Positions 13,161-25,859 of a stretch of DNA of 64,000 nucleotides are shown in pieces; the stretch's first letter is position 1; each line of letters opens with the position of its first letter. This DNA comes from Zootoca vivipara. Lineage: Eukaryota. The notes below the pieces were generated by a model, which saw only the letters and a program-made list of their open reading frames with translations, had not been told where the DNA came from and did not search any database. The stretch covers positions 17,236,001 to 17,300,000 of the forward strand of contig NC_083279.1 in the NCBI RefSeq assembly GCF_963506605.1, in the 5' to 3' direction. A program made the position numbers and the translations under genes.

Positions 13161-15413
13161 AAACCCTGCATAGGGTATCACTGATATGAGCAGCCCATTT
13201 TTCCTCCATTGGGCAATGCAACCATCACCCCAGGCACTGCATTACCGTAGTAGGCTGGCTGATGCATGGTTTTAAATACCTTTTCAAATGTAAGATGAAG
13301 GATGCCTTAGCTGCTCCATTCAATGCCCTAACCCCTCCCCACTGCCCAGCATTCAGAGGGAACCAGCCCTCCACATCCCACTGGTCCTTCTTTATCCCCC
13401 TAAGCTAGCCAGCCATGAGAGGTAGCTTGTGATGGTGGGGCTTCTCACAGAAGATCCCTACAGGTGTTCCTCAAAGTCAGTCCTGAACTCCAACGACCTG
13501 CCGCCTGAGGGATCCTATTCAAGCTTGGCTACCCTCATAACACCTGCCAGTGAATCAGATCAGAAAGAGCCTGGTGCAAGTCCTTGAGAAACCCATCACA
13601 TCTTTCAGTAGAGAGATGCAAGACATCCCTATAGAAAAGATGAGGAAGGTAATAGTAAGAAATAAGCTCCACTGAGATCAATGGGGATATAGTTAGAAAT
13701 GGACGAGAAATTAAATTAATTCAGATTTAAAAGTGAATCTATCACATTTCCATGGAATGGAACAATGTGAGAACCATATAGAGATTCCTCAGCCCCCAGG
13801 ACTGAGGTTCCCAACCCCAAGGATAGGGGAGCAAAATGTTATATTCCAAATCCTATGTTAAGATCCATTTTCTTTCCTTCTGCTGATTCCTGATTTCCTT
13901 GAAAGGCACTACCTTCCCTAGCTGTCCTCACTCTTCCTCCAGCCCTTGAGTTTCCCTGCATGCCTTCTGGGAGCTGTGTTCCTGTTGAAGGTTAATGGAA
14001 AACAATATATCTTACCAAATAAATAGGCTCTCTCTTGCACACACAAGGTTGTACAGAATGGCTAACATACATATCTGCACAGGAAAGGAGAGGGTATGGA
14101 ACTCAGAATATCAATGAAATGGGATGGAACTCAGAATATCAAGTTCATATTAAAATGCACAGTGGCATTGCTATTGTTTTTTAATCATTTCTATTTATTT
14201 ATTTTACTTCGTGAGCAACATTGGATGAGATAATTACTGATGAGGAAAAAGATGGGGATTATGTAGCAAATAGAAAAAAACCTGTGTGTGGAGAGAGTGC
14301 AAGCACTTCATTTTGCACAGATTATGTAGAAAGTGGGAGAGAGGAAGAGGAGAGAGAGAGAATTTTAAATCAGAAAAACTCTATACTCAGTGAGTTCTTA
14401 TATGTCAGTAGTAAGGATGTTCAGTAATTACAATAACTGACCTTTCTCTACACATGGCTTCTTCATTTGCATTAATGAAGATCTAAAAAGGCTTGCGGGT
14501 CAAAAGCAAACAAATAGATCTGAAGGAGGAAAAGCAGATGGCTTTTTCAACCTTCTCTAGGTCTCTCTCCCCAATTTACTCTGGGGGGGAAACATAGGTC
14601 ACCCAAAAACAATTTAGGTGCAGAACGTAAACACAGAGGAGATGGTCAATCAAATCTGAAAGGAGGTGTTGCAAAATTTATGAAGAAAACCATCAGGTTT
14701 TGAAGTATGAAAAGAACATATTCAGCTGTTTGTTTTTTTCTATTCATAAGTGTGGGTCAATAGTGGATGGTGAGGTGGGGTTGAAGCAATTTGCACAGTA
14801 CTCACCTCCCCATCACCTTGCCCCTTCCACTGTACTTTCTGGTAGGCAGCCATGACTCCACTGCCAAGGGATGTGGCAAGTACTGCCACCCCTCTCTACT
14901 GTCTGTTACTGGTGTGGAGTCATAAAAAATATTTACTCATCAGCTCCAACACCACCCTGTACATGTCATGTCAGAAGTAAGTCCCATTATGATCAGAGAA
15001 AGTTACTTAAATTTAAGCGTGTTTAAGATTTAATGCCTTAAAGAGCATTATTTTTTTAAAGCATGGTACTTTGTACAACTTAAACCACAAGATAGCATTG
15101 AGCATCATACTGTGATATGGCTAAACTGGTTACTTTATCACAGATTGTTCACCAAGATTCTGGTTACTATTTCTGTTTCTTATGTAGAATTCTATAGCTT
15201 CTTCCTGCCACTGTTCTAGCAACACAGGAAACTCTAGTCCACAAGAGAGGAGTCTGCAGTGCCCCTTCCAGGAAATAGATGCTGGTGGTAGAAGGAGTTA
15301 CATCTGATCAGATACTATGGTTGCTACTTATTAGGTCTGGGCTGTATGACAGCTATACTAAACAAATAAAGAAGTGATTCACAATGCCCTTTTGATAAAG
15401 GTAAGCATGGGAC

Positions 15414-15599
15414 CATAGGAGCCAACTCCTAGTGGCCAAGGTCCCTCCACCCCCAATAAAATATTTGAGGGGGCCAGCCCCCCCCAAGTTTATGGGCTTC
15501 GCCTTTCAAATGGTGTGCATGCACCATGTCATGTGCTCAATTATATGAAGTGGGGCTTACCTGTCCATCCCCCATCTTTTATTTAAGTTGGCACCTCTG
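15414..15599. mobile_element. hAT-type MITE
   Basis: TIR CATAGGAGCCAACT/AGTTGGCACCTCTG; perfect 8-bp TSD CATGGGAC. Confidence 0.8.
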
Positions 15600-16015
15600 C
15601 ATGGGACATCTCCCATTCGTCAATGATAGTGTTTTGGAGTTTGCATGCTTGTTGAGTTCCTGGCAATGTGCTGGAAATCAGTTGCCTGTAGCTGCTTTTC
15701 CAGCCACCAGATGACAATCTGCTACTTTTCATCCAGAGTCAATGGCACTGTTTGTGGCTGTGGATAAAAATCTGGGACAGATCCTCAGCTGTCCTGTTCT
15801 ATGACAGCTCATAGCTCACAGGGGAAGCCTGGCAGTGTGTTATCAAGAGATGGAGTCAAGGTGTCTGAGCTAGAGAGCCAAGGCAAAAATCCACAATAGG
15901 TATCCACAACAGGAATCCAAGGGTATGCAGCCCCTACAGCTATTGCAGGACCTTGGAGAGCTCTGTCTGCAAGCACCTATAACCAACACATGCTGATTGG
16001 GCCTATGGTGTAGTG

Positions 16016-16151
16016 CAGTGTTTCCCAACCTTGTGCCTCCAGATGTTTTTGGACTACAACTCCCATCATCCCTAGCTAGCAAGACCAGTGGTCAGGAATG
16101 ATGGGAATTGTAGTCCGAAAACATCTGGAGGCACAAGGTTGGGAAACACTG
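16016..16151. mobile_element. Palindromic hAT MITE (MER5/MER3-like)
   Basis: Near-perfect 136-bp hairpin CAGTGTTTCCCAACCTTGTGCC...GGCACAAGGTTGGGAAACACTG; 8-bp TSD GTGTAGTG. Confidence 0.85.
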
Positions 16152-16196
16152 GTGTAGTGAACCCTGCTTTTCCAGAGACCTATGGCTCCTGTCTGA

Positions 16197-16546
16197 GGGA
16201 CCCAGGTGGCGCTGTGGTTAAACCACTGAGCCTAGGGCTTGCTGATCAGAAGGTCGGCGGTTCGAATCCCTGTTACGGGGTGAGCTCCCGTTGCTCGGTC
16301 CCAGCTCCTGCCAACCTAGCAGTTCGAAAGCACGTCAAAATGCAAGTAGATAAATAGGAACCGCTACAGCGGGAAGGTAAACGGCGTTTCCATGTGCTGC
16401 TCTGGTTCGCCAGAAGTGGCTTTGTCATGCTGGCCACATGACCTGGAAGCTATACGCCGGCTCCCTCGGCCAATAATGCGAGATGAGCACGCAACCCCAG
16501 AGTCGGTCACAACTGGACCTGATGGTCAGGGGTCCCTTTACCTTTT
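16197..16546 (+). mobile_element. Sauria SINE
   Basis: Same sequence family as 9665-10013. Confidence 0.9.
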
Positions 16547-18547
16547 ACATGGCTCCTGCAGGGCTGCAGGACAGGGATATTGTGACTCTCCACTTAATCT
16601 GAAGTTTGTAGCATGATTCTGTCTTCCAGCTGGGAGGATCCTGAAGAAGGTCCAGGCAGTTCTCCCCCTACTTCCCAACCTTGTCCTCCACTGACTTTTC
16701 TGTTGCACAATGTGCAGTTCCTGGGTCATGACAACAGGTGGTCATGGGCGGAGCGAATTCAGAAGCAGTGAAAGATAGTAGCAGGAGCAGCAGAGAGCAG
16801 GCTCCACACATTATTTGGATAAGAGCAGGGTCTGATCCATTTCCTATCTGGGTGTACCTTACACCAGAATCGGTCAAACTTGCTTTCAGTTCCAGGTAAA
16901 TGTATATAGGATCAGGATGTCAGTCATTATTAGTAGACTAATTCCTTGTAAGCCTGGAGGAAGAAACAGGTTTTGAGAAGAGATATTGAGGAGGATTAAT
17001 GGTCTAATTATATTTATACTTTATATAGCCCTACTGGTGGGAGGATTATTACCCTAATTTGACCTATCTTAATGTTGCTATATCACTGAGCGTTAATGCA
17101 TTTGCTGAAGTGTTTGAATATTATTCACAATATCCTCCACTCCATGTTGAGAGCCTAATAATAGAATAAACTAATTAATTCTAAGAAAACCAAGATGACA
17201 TTTTCTAACTTATGTTTTCCTAGACGTGGTCCACTTTCTCCTGACCTCATGAGCAGAGAGAAATGAATGCATGTGTAATTTTATGCCATATGCATACCGT
17301 ATCAATGCATCCCTCAGAATGGAATGAGAACTTATTTAAGTTGTTGTTTTTTCATTTGCCCTGCATCAGACAGAATATCAGGGCGTGGGACACATACACT
17401 CAGAACAAACAAGAAAAATGGAACCACACCAACACAGTTAAAAAGAGCAACTCAAACAATAGCACACTAATAGTAACATAGCAATCAAGACCTGGCCAAG
17501 GTACTGAAGTTGTCGTCAAATCCATTATAAAAGTTTTGGACTATAACCTAGGAGACACTCAGCTCTGAAGCTTTCTGGTTGACCTTTGGCCCGTCACAAT
17601 CTCTCAGACCCAATGTACTTCAGAGGGTTGGTTTAAGGATAAAACAGACAGGTGAAAAGAACATATGTCACATTGAGCTCATTGGAAGAAAGGTGAGAAG
17701 ACTAGAAGACATAGTATTTGTAAAACTAAAAGTGGAATATGGCCTATGCCCCTTTCACTGGAAATCCCACCCCTATGCACTGGAAGTCCCACTTCCTGTA
17801 GGTTTTTCATTTTTTATATATTAAATAAATTTTATACTAAAATATAAAAAAGAACCAAATAAGGTTTCGGAGTGTAAAGCATTTGTCTGTTCCTTCATCC
17901 CTGATCCTAAGGAATAGGAAGTGTTGACATATGATTCTATGTGCCATAGTTCTCTCTGAACACTTTTGTTTTCATCACACCACTGCCATGAGCAAACACT
18001 TCAGTTTGCAATAGAGCTATGCATCATTTTCGGTATCCCCAGCCTTAGTTCATTTGATCTATATAATTTTAAGTACACCTGAGACCTGAAAGTAAAATAT
18101 CAATGGATAACCTTTCTAATACCCAATAGATATCTGATTCATCCCCCAGAGAGAGCTGTTCATGTTTTCTCAGATCCAGACTAATGTTCATTGAAGACAA
18201 TGGAGGTTCTGTTAATGATTTCAATAACAGGGAACACAAAATCTTGCTCAGAACTTACATAGTAAAAACATATGGAATATGTTTATTTCATTTTCATTAA
18301 TTAGCCTTTTAATTAAGATTGCCCACAGTAGCCTGGAGGAGGACATTGGTATCAATTAATCCTTAAATACAGAGTTTTAATAACTATGTTAATTTCTAAT
18401 TTACTTGTTATAATTATCCTGTTAAACCCCAATAAAATGCAGAGATTTTACATTTGAATATAACAATTCCAATTACACTTGTGATGCTCATGTAATTTGG
18501 GCATACTAAACAGTGACATGATGTACATCAGCTTTCTGGAGTCACAA

Positions 18548-19930
18548 TTTCAACACCTTTATTGGCATATATATATAATATAAAAACAAAGACAAAACAT
18601 ACACCACATATAGGTCATTAGTATAAATAGTCACTCAACATCATACAGAAATAATGGAGAGCAGGAGGAGAGAAAGGCACACAAGGGATCCTCAGCTATC
18701 ATTGTTGAAGGCTAGATGTATTGATTTTAATTACATAAATTCTGGACAAGTAGTGGGCCATAATTCTGGTAATTTCGGGGAAGTCATCCCTCAACAAGAG
18801 CTGGACCACTGTTTCCTTGTTGGGGAGGGTTCCAGGTCTTGTAAAGGATAGAGGGGGACCAAAGTCGAAAAAATTGGAAAGGGGACAGTCCAGAATCATG
18901 TGAGCCATAGAGTCTACCTCTTTCTGGCCACAAGGGCATAATCTATTCCAGTAAGGGATGCCTTTGAGTCTTCCGGCCAACACAGAGGATGGAAAAGCAT
19001 TTAGGCGGGCCAACATAAATATTATGCGATAAAAAGGAGATACCAGGTCATATAAATAACTAGGCATCAATCCTTGGTGCGGCGGCAGCCCCAGGAAGGC
19101 AGGCGAGCATACCAGAGGTTGGGCAGGATGAAGTTTCTGGAATTCGATATCAAGCAGTCTCTGCTTAATAAGAGTAAAGATGTATGAGTCCTCATATGTC
19201 AGGAGGGAGTCCACTGGAAGGCCTAGTTGCCTCAGTTTGTTGGAAATATTTGAAAACCATATAAAGCTGTGGCTGTCTTTCAGAAGATAGGATATCAGGC
19301 TATCTGGATCGGTATTAAAGTGAATTTTTAGCCAATATTTAAGAGTAATAATCCAACCTCTTGTCTCAAGAAGGTGTTGGCCCAATTCTGCACAGATAGC
19401 CAGGTATGGCACACATTTTGGTACTCCAAGAATTTGCCGAAAGAAGGATGACTGGACTCCTTCTACTTTGTTGTTAAAGCTGGATATCCATAAGGGGATC
19501 CCGTATAGAAGCTGGGAGGCAGATTTTGCCTTATAGGCACTAATTGCTGCAGGTACAAATTGATTCCCACCAAGGAAGTGAAAACGCTTGATTTGTGCAA
19601 CAGAGCATCTTGCTAAATTAATTGTTCTATTGCGATGGGTCGCCCATTTTAAGTTATAGTGAAAGGTGACACCCAAGTATTTATAGCATTTAACTTGCTC
19701 CATTTTTTGGGTTCCAATCGACCAGTTGAGTGGACACCAACTTTTAGAGAAAACAAGGATCTTTGACTTGGAGTAATTAATTGCTAGGTGATTCACTTCA
19801 CAATAATTGGAGAATGCTCTTAGATATCTTTGTAGCCCAACTCTGGAATAGGAGAGAAGAGCAGTATCATCTGCGTACAAAAGGGTAGGGATTGCTTTGG
19901 TATCTAGTCTGGGAGGGTGGCCATTTACAT
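18548..19930 (-). mobile_element. 5'-truncated non-LTR retrotransposon, RTEX-like
   Basis: Open frame with YADD and YKYLG motifs and a C-terminal CPC...H...C knuckle; 3' UTR ends AATAAAGGTGTTGAA; clade assignment by resemblance only. Confidence 0.75.
18699..19880 (-). CDS. Partial LINE ORF2 (RT C-terminal half and zinc knuckle)
   Basis: 393 codons without a stop: YADDTALLS...INYSKSKILVF...YKYLGV...RLCPCGQKEVDSMAHMILDCP. Confidence 0.8.
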   Translation of the reverse strand: MYADDTALLSYSRVGLQRYLRAFSNYCEVNHLAINYSKSKILVFSKSWCPLNWSIGTQKMEQVKCYKYLGVTFHYNLKWATHRNRTINLARCSVAQIKRFHFLGGNQFVPAAISAYKAKSASQLLYGIPLWISSFNNKVEGVQSSFFRQILGVPKCVPYLAICAELGQHLLETRGWIITLKYWLKIHFNTDPDSLISYLLKDSHSFIWFSNISNKLRQLGLPVDSLLTYEDSYIFTLIKQRLLDIEFQKLHPAQPLVCSPAFLGLPPHQGLMPSYLYDLVSPFYRIIFMLARLNAFPSSVLAGRLKGIPYWNRLCPCGQKEVDSMAHMILDCPLSNFFDFGPPLSFTRPGTLPNKETVVQLLLRDDFPEITRIMAHYLSRIYVIKINTSSLQQ

Positions 19931-22799
19931 TTACATTTACTTTCTGGAGTCTATGCAGTGTGTATTCATTGCTTGGTAATTAATGTTCTATATACAGTAT
20001 ATGATACAGGAGCCTTTGCTGAAGGTGGATAAATTTAGTATCTTTCTAGGTGGGAACTAAGCATTAGGGTGGAAGAATGGTTGATGCTTAAAGCTAGGGT
20101 CTCTTCCCCTTGCACATAGGATCTGGTGAGATGAATGGCAAACACACATGTGCTATAATGTCTAGCTCCAGTGCGCATATTTGAAGACTGAAACAGAAAT
20201 CTGAATCAGATATTAATATGCATTGTTATCTTATAACTAGTTCTCCCCTCCCCCAGCAAAATGTAGGAATAGGGAATTTGTGACCCTCCAGTTGTTACTG
20301 GAAAGCTCCTCAAAGACATGATTAGAAGGGTTGTCCACCACAGGTTTCCCATCCCTGATGTAAATAAGAGACAATACACAGAGTGGGCATTCTACAAAGG
20401 GAACTGCTCAGAGCACATTTGTGTGCCTGGAGGTTTCAATGTAGTTGTGGCTCCATGCGCAAAAGTGTACTTCTGAACATATCACCTGTTCTAATTCAGA
20501 GCACAGATCTCTGAATGTTTCATAACTATATTTGTCAACCATCTGTACCAGTCACATAATTTTAACATTATTTATATGTGGTTTGCGTCCAGTTGCCATG
20601 TCCTCAAATGAGATTTTTTTAATTGGCCTAATGATTTTCTAGCTGCCAAACAGATTAGACTTTTTGGCAGATGGAAGGCATGTGTATGGGATGAGGGGGA
20701 GGGTGTCAAGTGTTGCCCTGAAATGAGTGTGACAGAAGGGATTGTTTCTTTTCAGACTAATGGCTATTGAAAATATTGTGGTGACAACTCGGATGAGAAA
20801 GCCAGGCTGCGATGGGTCATTATCTTCAAATGAAATCACTTTTGGCTCTTTCACACTTGTGTGATACACGTTTCAGAATTTTAAAACTTGGAATTTTGTG
20901 AACACTTGCAAAGAAATCACCCTAAAAGCTCTGCCAGCATTGCATACCTTTAAGTCCTGTGAAATAAATGAAAGAAATAGACACATTAACCTAGGAATTG
21001 TGGAGATTACACATCAAGTTTCCAAGCCAGAGCCACCAAATGCCTTGCATCCCACCCTATTCCCTAATCTGTTTTATGTGATCCCTCCCCCTCCCATTTC
21101 ATAGCCTGGTAGTGTCTCCAAATCATCATTATTTTGTGGAAAGTGCTCAAGCACAAATTAGAAATTTAGATGTGTGTGATTTAAGTGGATTAAAACACTC
21201 TTGTTGTGAGGCAGCCAAGGGTTGTGTATGTGTTCCTTTTCCCAGTAACCATTTTTTTCCCCTAATTCTGCATCTTCGCTGACTGCCCAGGCTTCCTGAT
21301 GGGAGGAGTTACCTCATTATTCCTTCCCCTGGGCTTTAATTGATGACTCAGCTCTGTCACCCAGGGAGGATGCAGACTACAGGTGACATAGAATAGATTG
21401 TAAAATGAAAGAAAGGACAATCACAAACGTCCTTTGGCTATCTCAAAAACCCTGCACTTTGACTCATGTAAATTGCACCATTTTTCTCTCCTCTTTCACA
21501 ATTTTTGAATGCAATCTGGCTTTTATCCAACAATGCTCTAACTCTGATTCGCATCCTTACTTATATACATTAGCTCATAAAACTATACTATATATATTCA
21601 GGAGAAAAATGAACACTAGACTTGATGACCCTTGGGCCCCTTCCAACTCTAGGAGTCTATGATCGGATTTGGAAGAATGTGTCAAATGTTTGGATTGCAT
21701 TATTGGGTCCATATTGCACAATACATGAATTCTATATTTTTGGTCTTGAAGAAAACTTTCTTCCTTTGAAATCCTTTGGTGCCATTTTGTCTTCCTTTCT
21801 ACTTTGGTGCACTGAGCATATGAATAAAACTGTTTGATTTCAATTTTATTTTATTTTTCTCTGTGACTTGTGCCCCTGAGGCTCAAAAAAATCAAGCACA
21901 CAGAAGAAAACAAGCATTTCAATCAATATATGATAATTTAAGCACAACATGAGTTGCAAGTTGTCAGTGGGGTTTTGACTCATTTGTGTGGGAAAGGTCT
22001 GACTTTCCAGATCTGGAGCACTGGAAAAACATATGGTGTTGTCTAATCACTCACATAAAATTAATGAAGGTTAAAGCTTAGCAATTTCTTTACCATTTTT
22101 TTTTTTGTTACCTCTAGTGTGGAGACTCATAATTATTGACCTTTTGTTAGAAGTTGTTAAGTTTGGTGTTATAATACAACATACAACATTTCACTTATGT
22201 CGTTCATTGTAGATATTGGAATCAATTCTTCTCATGCACTAGTATTTTGTAGTCAGTAGGTGGCATATAGGAGATAAGAATATTTTCATTAGGGCCACAG
22301 CCTTTATTTGGTTTAATGAGTAGATTCAGCATCTAAAGATAGAAACAAATTTTAATCAATAAGGGCACAATTTAATTGGTTGAGTTAACACCAGAGTTGT
22401 TGATATTTTGAAGCAATTAAGTCTCTGATAGGGCATTGGAAAAGGAAATATTAAACGTGAACTTTCCTTCTTTTAAATTGATTTTTTTTTTTAAGTTTTC
22501 AAAGATTTTATCCATTTTACTTCACAGACAATATACAATTAGCTTATATTTTATTCCTTTTGACATTGAACCCTTCTCTCCTTGATGTTTTTGTTCTTAT
22601 CCTTGCTTGCTGCATTATAATTATCACCAACCCCCCCAACACAATCTTATCATTTTTAAGGTGAACTTTCCTTCCAAGAATTATTGCTTCCAACTTATTT
22701 ATTTCACATTTTGATATATTGAAAAATCCATCAATATAGAACAATATGCTGAGACATTTTAATGAATCACTGGATAACTAGTTACAGATAAATGAACCA

Positions 22800-22802
22800 A
22801 CA

Positions 22803-22868
<66 letters not shown>
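22800..22868. repeat. (CA)n(GA)n microsatellite
   Basis: Seen directly. Confidence 0.95.
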
Positions 22869-22872
<4 letters not shown>

Positions 22873-23039
22873 TGTAAGTGTGTTTAAGACAAACACATGA
22901 AAACATGTTGAAATCTAAAATAGGATTTGGTCAAAATACTTACTTGCGTTTTTTGCAGTCATTCCTCCCTCCCTTTTGTGGGTAAAATGCCTCTCAGAAT
23001 TAGGCATTTCAAGAAATTCCAAAACTGTCACTATTACAA

Positions 23040-23815
23040 CGATAAAGAATTCCAGAAGTATCTATCCAAACTAGATGAATTAGCATTAAAATGGCAAATG
23101 CAGTTTAATGTAAGGAAGTGCAAAGTGATCACCCAGGGGCAAAAAAAATTCTATATTCATATATATACTAGTGGGGGTCTGATTTTGTAACAAATAACCA
23201 TATAATGCAGTTGTCATGGATAATTCAATGAAAATCAGAACCATAGAACTGTAGAGTTGGAAGGGACCCTGAGGATCATCTAGTCCAACCCCATCAATGC
23301 AGGAATATGCAGCTTTCCCATGCAGGGATCGAACCTGCAACCTTGGCATTATTAGCACCATACTCTAACCAACTGAGCTATCTAGGCTGTCCCGATGTCA
23401 ACCTGTTGTGTGGCGCCCATTTAAAAAAAGGCAAGTTCCATGTTAGGGATCATTAGGAAATGGACTGAAATTAAAACTGCCAATATCGTAATATTATACA
23501 AAGATAAGATGTGACTGCACTTGGGATGTTGCTACAGCTCAAAATGATATTGTAGAGCTGGGAAAGTTTCTGAAAAGGCCAACCCAAATAGTCAAAGGGC
23601 TGGGGCAACTCTCCTATGAGGATACGTTACATTTGGTGCTTATAAAGTTAGAGCAACAAAACAGAGTAGTGGGGAGCTAATAGAGGTGTACAGTATGTGA
23701 TTATTCATAGTGTGGAGAAAGGTTATAACGTGGCCATAATGAAGGTGAGTATTGGAAGATTCAGGATGCACAAAAGGAAGGACTTCGTCATACACTACAC
23801 AATTAAACTATGGAA
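23040..23815 (+). mobile_element. Degenerate CR1 ORF2 fragment interrupted by a SINE
   Basis: Translates as ...LSKLDELALKWQMQFNVRKCKV..., a CR1 RT C-terminal motif; similarity continues after 23390. Confidence 0.7.
23238..23390 (-). mobile_element. tRNA-derived SINE with CR1 tail (POM/Squam-type)
   Basis: Minus strand reads TAGCTCAGTTGGTTAGAG...GGTTCGATCCC...GGGGTTGGACTAGATGATCC...TTCCAACTCTACAGTTCTATGGTTCT. Confidence 0.8.
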
Positions 23816-23894
23816 GAGGGGTAGACCTATTCTTGGGCCTTGGATAATGTGTGAACAAACTCTTGGTTTTGCCTCCATTCTTTATTAAAGCCAT

Positions 23895-23934
23895 TGTTGT
23901 TGCTTAGTCGTTTAATCGTGTCCGACTCTTTGTG
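23895..23934 (-). mobile_element. BovB (RTE) 3' end, left half of the Ngaro target
   Basis: TTGCTTAGTCGTTTAATCGTGTCCGACTCTT matches 45171-45201. Confidence 0.8.
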
Positions 23935-24324
23935 TGGCTATGTCCCTCCTTCCCACATAATCAAGACTCGTGACACAGAGATTAAGATTTAATTGGGTGG
24001 TTAAGGCCACAACTTTATTGATAAGCATGTTGAGCGGAATTGGCTTAGGCGTTGGAACCTAACAGACTATATCCGACTCCAACCCGTGTGTTGGAGTCCC
24101 TGAGAAGTTAACCACCAGCAAGGAGCCCCGCGATGTAGATCTACTAGAGCTCCTCCTGTGGCCACCGAAGGGGCGTGCCCTACGGCCCAGGCAACTCCAG
24201 GCTCAGGACCAAGCGACGCCCCCGGAATCCTTTAACGGAATTACTTCTCCCGATTTGGGCAGCCGTTGACGTAATCTGCCCCTCCTCCTTCTATTGTTAT
24301 GCAAATTTCCAACGCCTAACCGCC
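23928..24324 (-). repeat. Split direct repeat B2 (3' terminus), 397 bp
   Basis: Identical by eye to 24699-25095 (offset 771); minus-strand AATAAA at 24019-24014. Confidence 0.95.
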
Positions 24325-24482
24325 TAACCTAAGTTGTGACGACATGCTACGGGGTAGGCGAAAAACCCATCATGGCTAGCCCAGTATGGGAAAAGTCCTA
24401 CCCGGCCCGCTGACTAACCAGGCAACCGACTCCCGTCCATAGCAGCGTCCCCTTACCTCTTTTTAAGGGGTGGGTGGGCGGG

Positions 24483-24705
24483 TGAACTGTTCGCTCCGGC
24501 GAACAAGGGGAAAAGAGGTCGGCTTCCCGCCTGCGGGGAGCTTTAAAACTGCCGGCTCCGCCCCGACCATTCTCATTGGCTGGTCGGGGATGACGCAGGC
24601 GGGAAGCCACCAACGCGTAGGGGCTGAACTTGCAGCCCCTACGCGGTGGTGCAGTCGGTCGGCCCACAACGCCGCTTCCGTCGCAGGCGCGGAAGCGGCT
24701 TTGTG
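24483..24705 (-). repeat. Split direct repeat A2, 223 bp
   Basis: Identical by eye to 31612-31834 (offset 7129). Confidence 0.95.
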
Positions 24706-25095
24706 TGGCTATGTCCCTCCTTCCCACATAATCAAGACTCGTGACACAGAGATTAAGATTTAATTGGGTGGTTAAGGCCACAACTTTATTGATAAGCATG
24801 TTGAGCGGAATTGGCTTAGGCGTTGGAACCTAACAGACTATATCCGACTCCAACCCGTGTGTTGGAGTCCCTGAGAAGTTAACCACCAGCAAGGAGCCCC
24901 GCGATGTAGATCTACTAGAGCTCCTCCTGTGGCCACCGAAGGGGCGTGCCCTACGGCCCAGGCAACTCCAGGCTCAGGACCAAGCGACGCCCCCGGAATC
25001 CTTTAACGGAATTACTTCTCCCGATTTGGGCAGCCGTTGACGTAATCTGCCCCTCCTCCTTCTATTGTTATGCAAATTTCCAACGCCTAACCGCC
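24699..25095 (-). repeat. Split direct repeat B1
   Basis: Identical by eye to B2; overlaps A2 by the 7-bp core CTTTGTG. Confidence 0.95.
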
Positions 25096-25222
25096 ACTCG
25101 AGCCCCCCCCTGGGCTCGCCGCCAATCCGCTCTCATGCCTTAACCAATAATTAGAGATTAATTGGATATTTTAGGGACTTCATATACTGTTTAAGGGGCC
25201 GTGATCCTCCTCTCTTATTCAC

Positions 25223-25798
25223 CTAATTAAATTCTCTAACACGTAACCATTCTTTGATCCCCATTATTACGTTCTCTAGCCAGACATCATTCCCTCTGGG
25301 CGACAGATGAACACCATCATGACGATAAAGGGCTGCTTCGCTCTGTTTTAACGTTGGATGCGAAATGGCACGACCATTCAAAGACAGGACTCTACGGATT
25401 ACGAAGGAATTCAGGAGCCGTCTGGCTCTGTTCAGGGCGATAGGACAACGACCATCACGCCAACTGCGTCTCTCAAGCAAGGAGGACCAAAGCAGCGTCA
25501 TCCTCGGGCAAATGTCCAAAAGGGCATCAAAGTCTCTGAATATTTGTAATTTTAAGTCCACGGCATTGCGATAGGCAAGATCATTCTCTCCAAGCTGGAC
25601 CACCAGTAGGTCAGGGTAGCCGAGTGAAGCAGCCTGTTCCTGTATTGCCGGCAGCAACTCGTCCCACAGCATGCCTCTCCTCGCAATCCAAGACACCTGG
25701 ACGAATTCTGGAAGGCCCAGCCTGTTCCCTAGGCCCAACTCGATGGCCCTTTCACGAGCCCAATGGACTATGCTATGCCCAGCTATCCAAACCCGCAC
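25223..25798 (-). CDS. SGNH/GDSL-family hydrolase (esterase) ORF of the Ngaro element
   Basis: Motif blocks VWIAGHS (I), RG (II), VQLGEND (III), DGVH (V); annotated start is GTG and there is no upstream ATG. Confidence 0.85.
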   Translation of the reverse strand: MRVWIAGHSIVHWARERAIELGLGNRLGLPEFVQVSWIARRGMLWDELLPAIQEQAASLGYPDLLVVQLGENDLAYRNAVDLKLQIFRDFDALLDICPRMTLLWSSLLERRSWRDGRCPIALNRARRLLNSFVIRRVLSLNGRAISHPTLKQSEAALYRHDGVHLSPRGNDVWLENVIMGIKEWLRVREFN

Positions 25799-25859
25799 GA
25801 TCCGAGAACCTGAAATTCAAGAATGACAACCAGGGATCAGCCAGGCCACCGTGTCGACG

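Noticed and set aside
12884-13171. CpG island or short GC-rich ORFs
   Set aside because: Confined to a hAT MITE with TIRs and an 8-bp TSD
23330-23390. tRNA genes (also near 11965, 9665 and 61176)
   Set aside because: The tRNA-like heads continue into SINE bodies and tails and the cloverleaf is degenerate
24398-24799. ORFs over repeat A (24398-24799, 31269-31862, 31553-31933)
   Set aside because: GC-rich non-coding repeat with no protein motifs; the identical peptides simply reflect the duplication
23928-25095. Assembly artefact as the explanation for the duplicated B and A segments
   Set aside because: The A1...B1-A2-B2 layout with a shared 7-bp core is the expected split-direct-repeat structure, and the flanks rejoin into one BovB sequence
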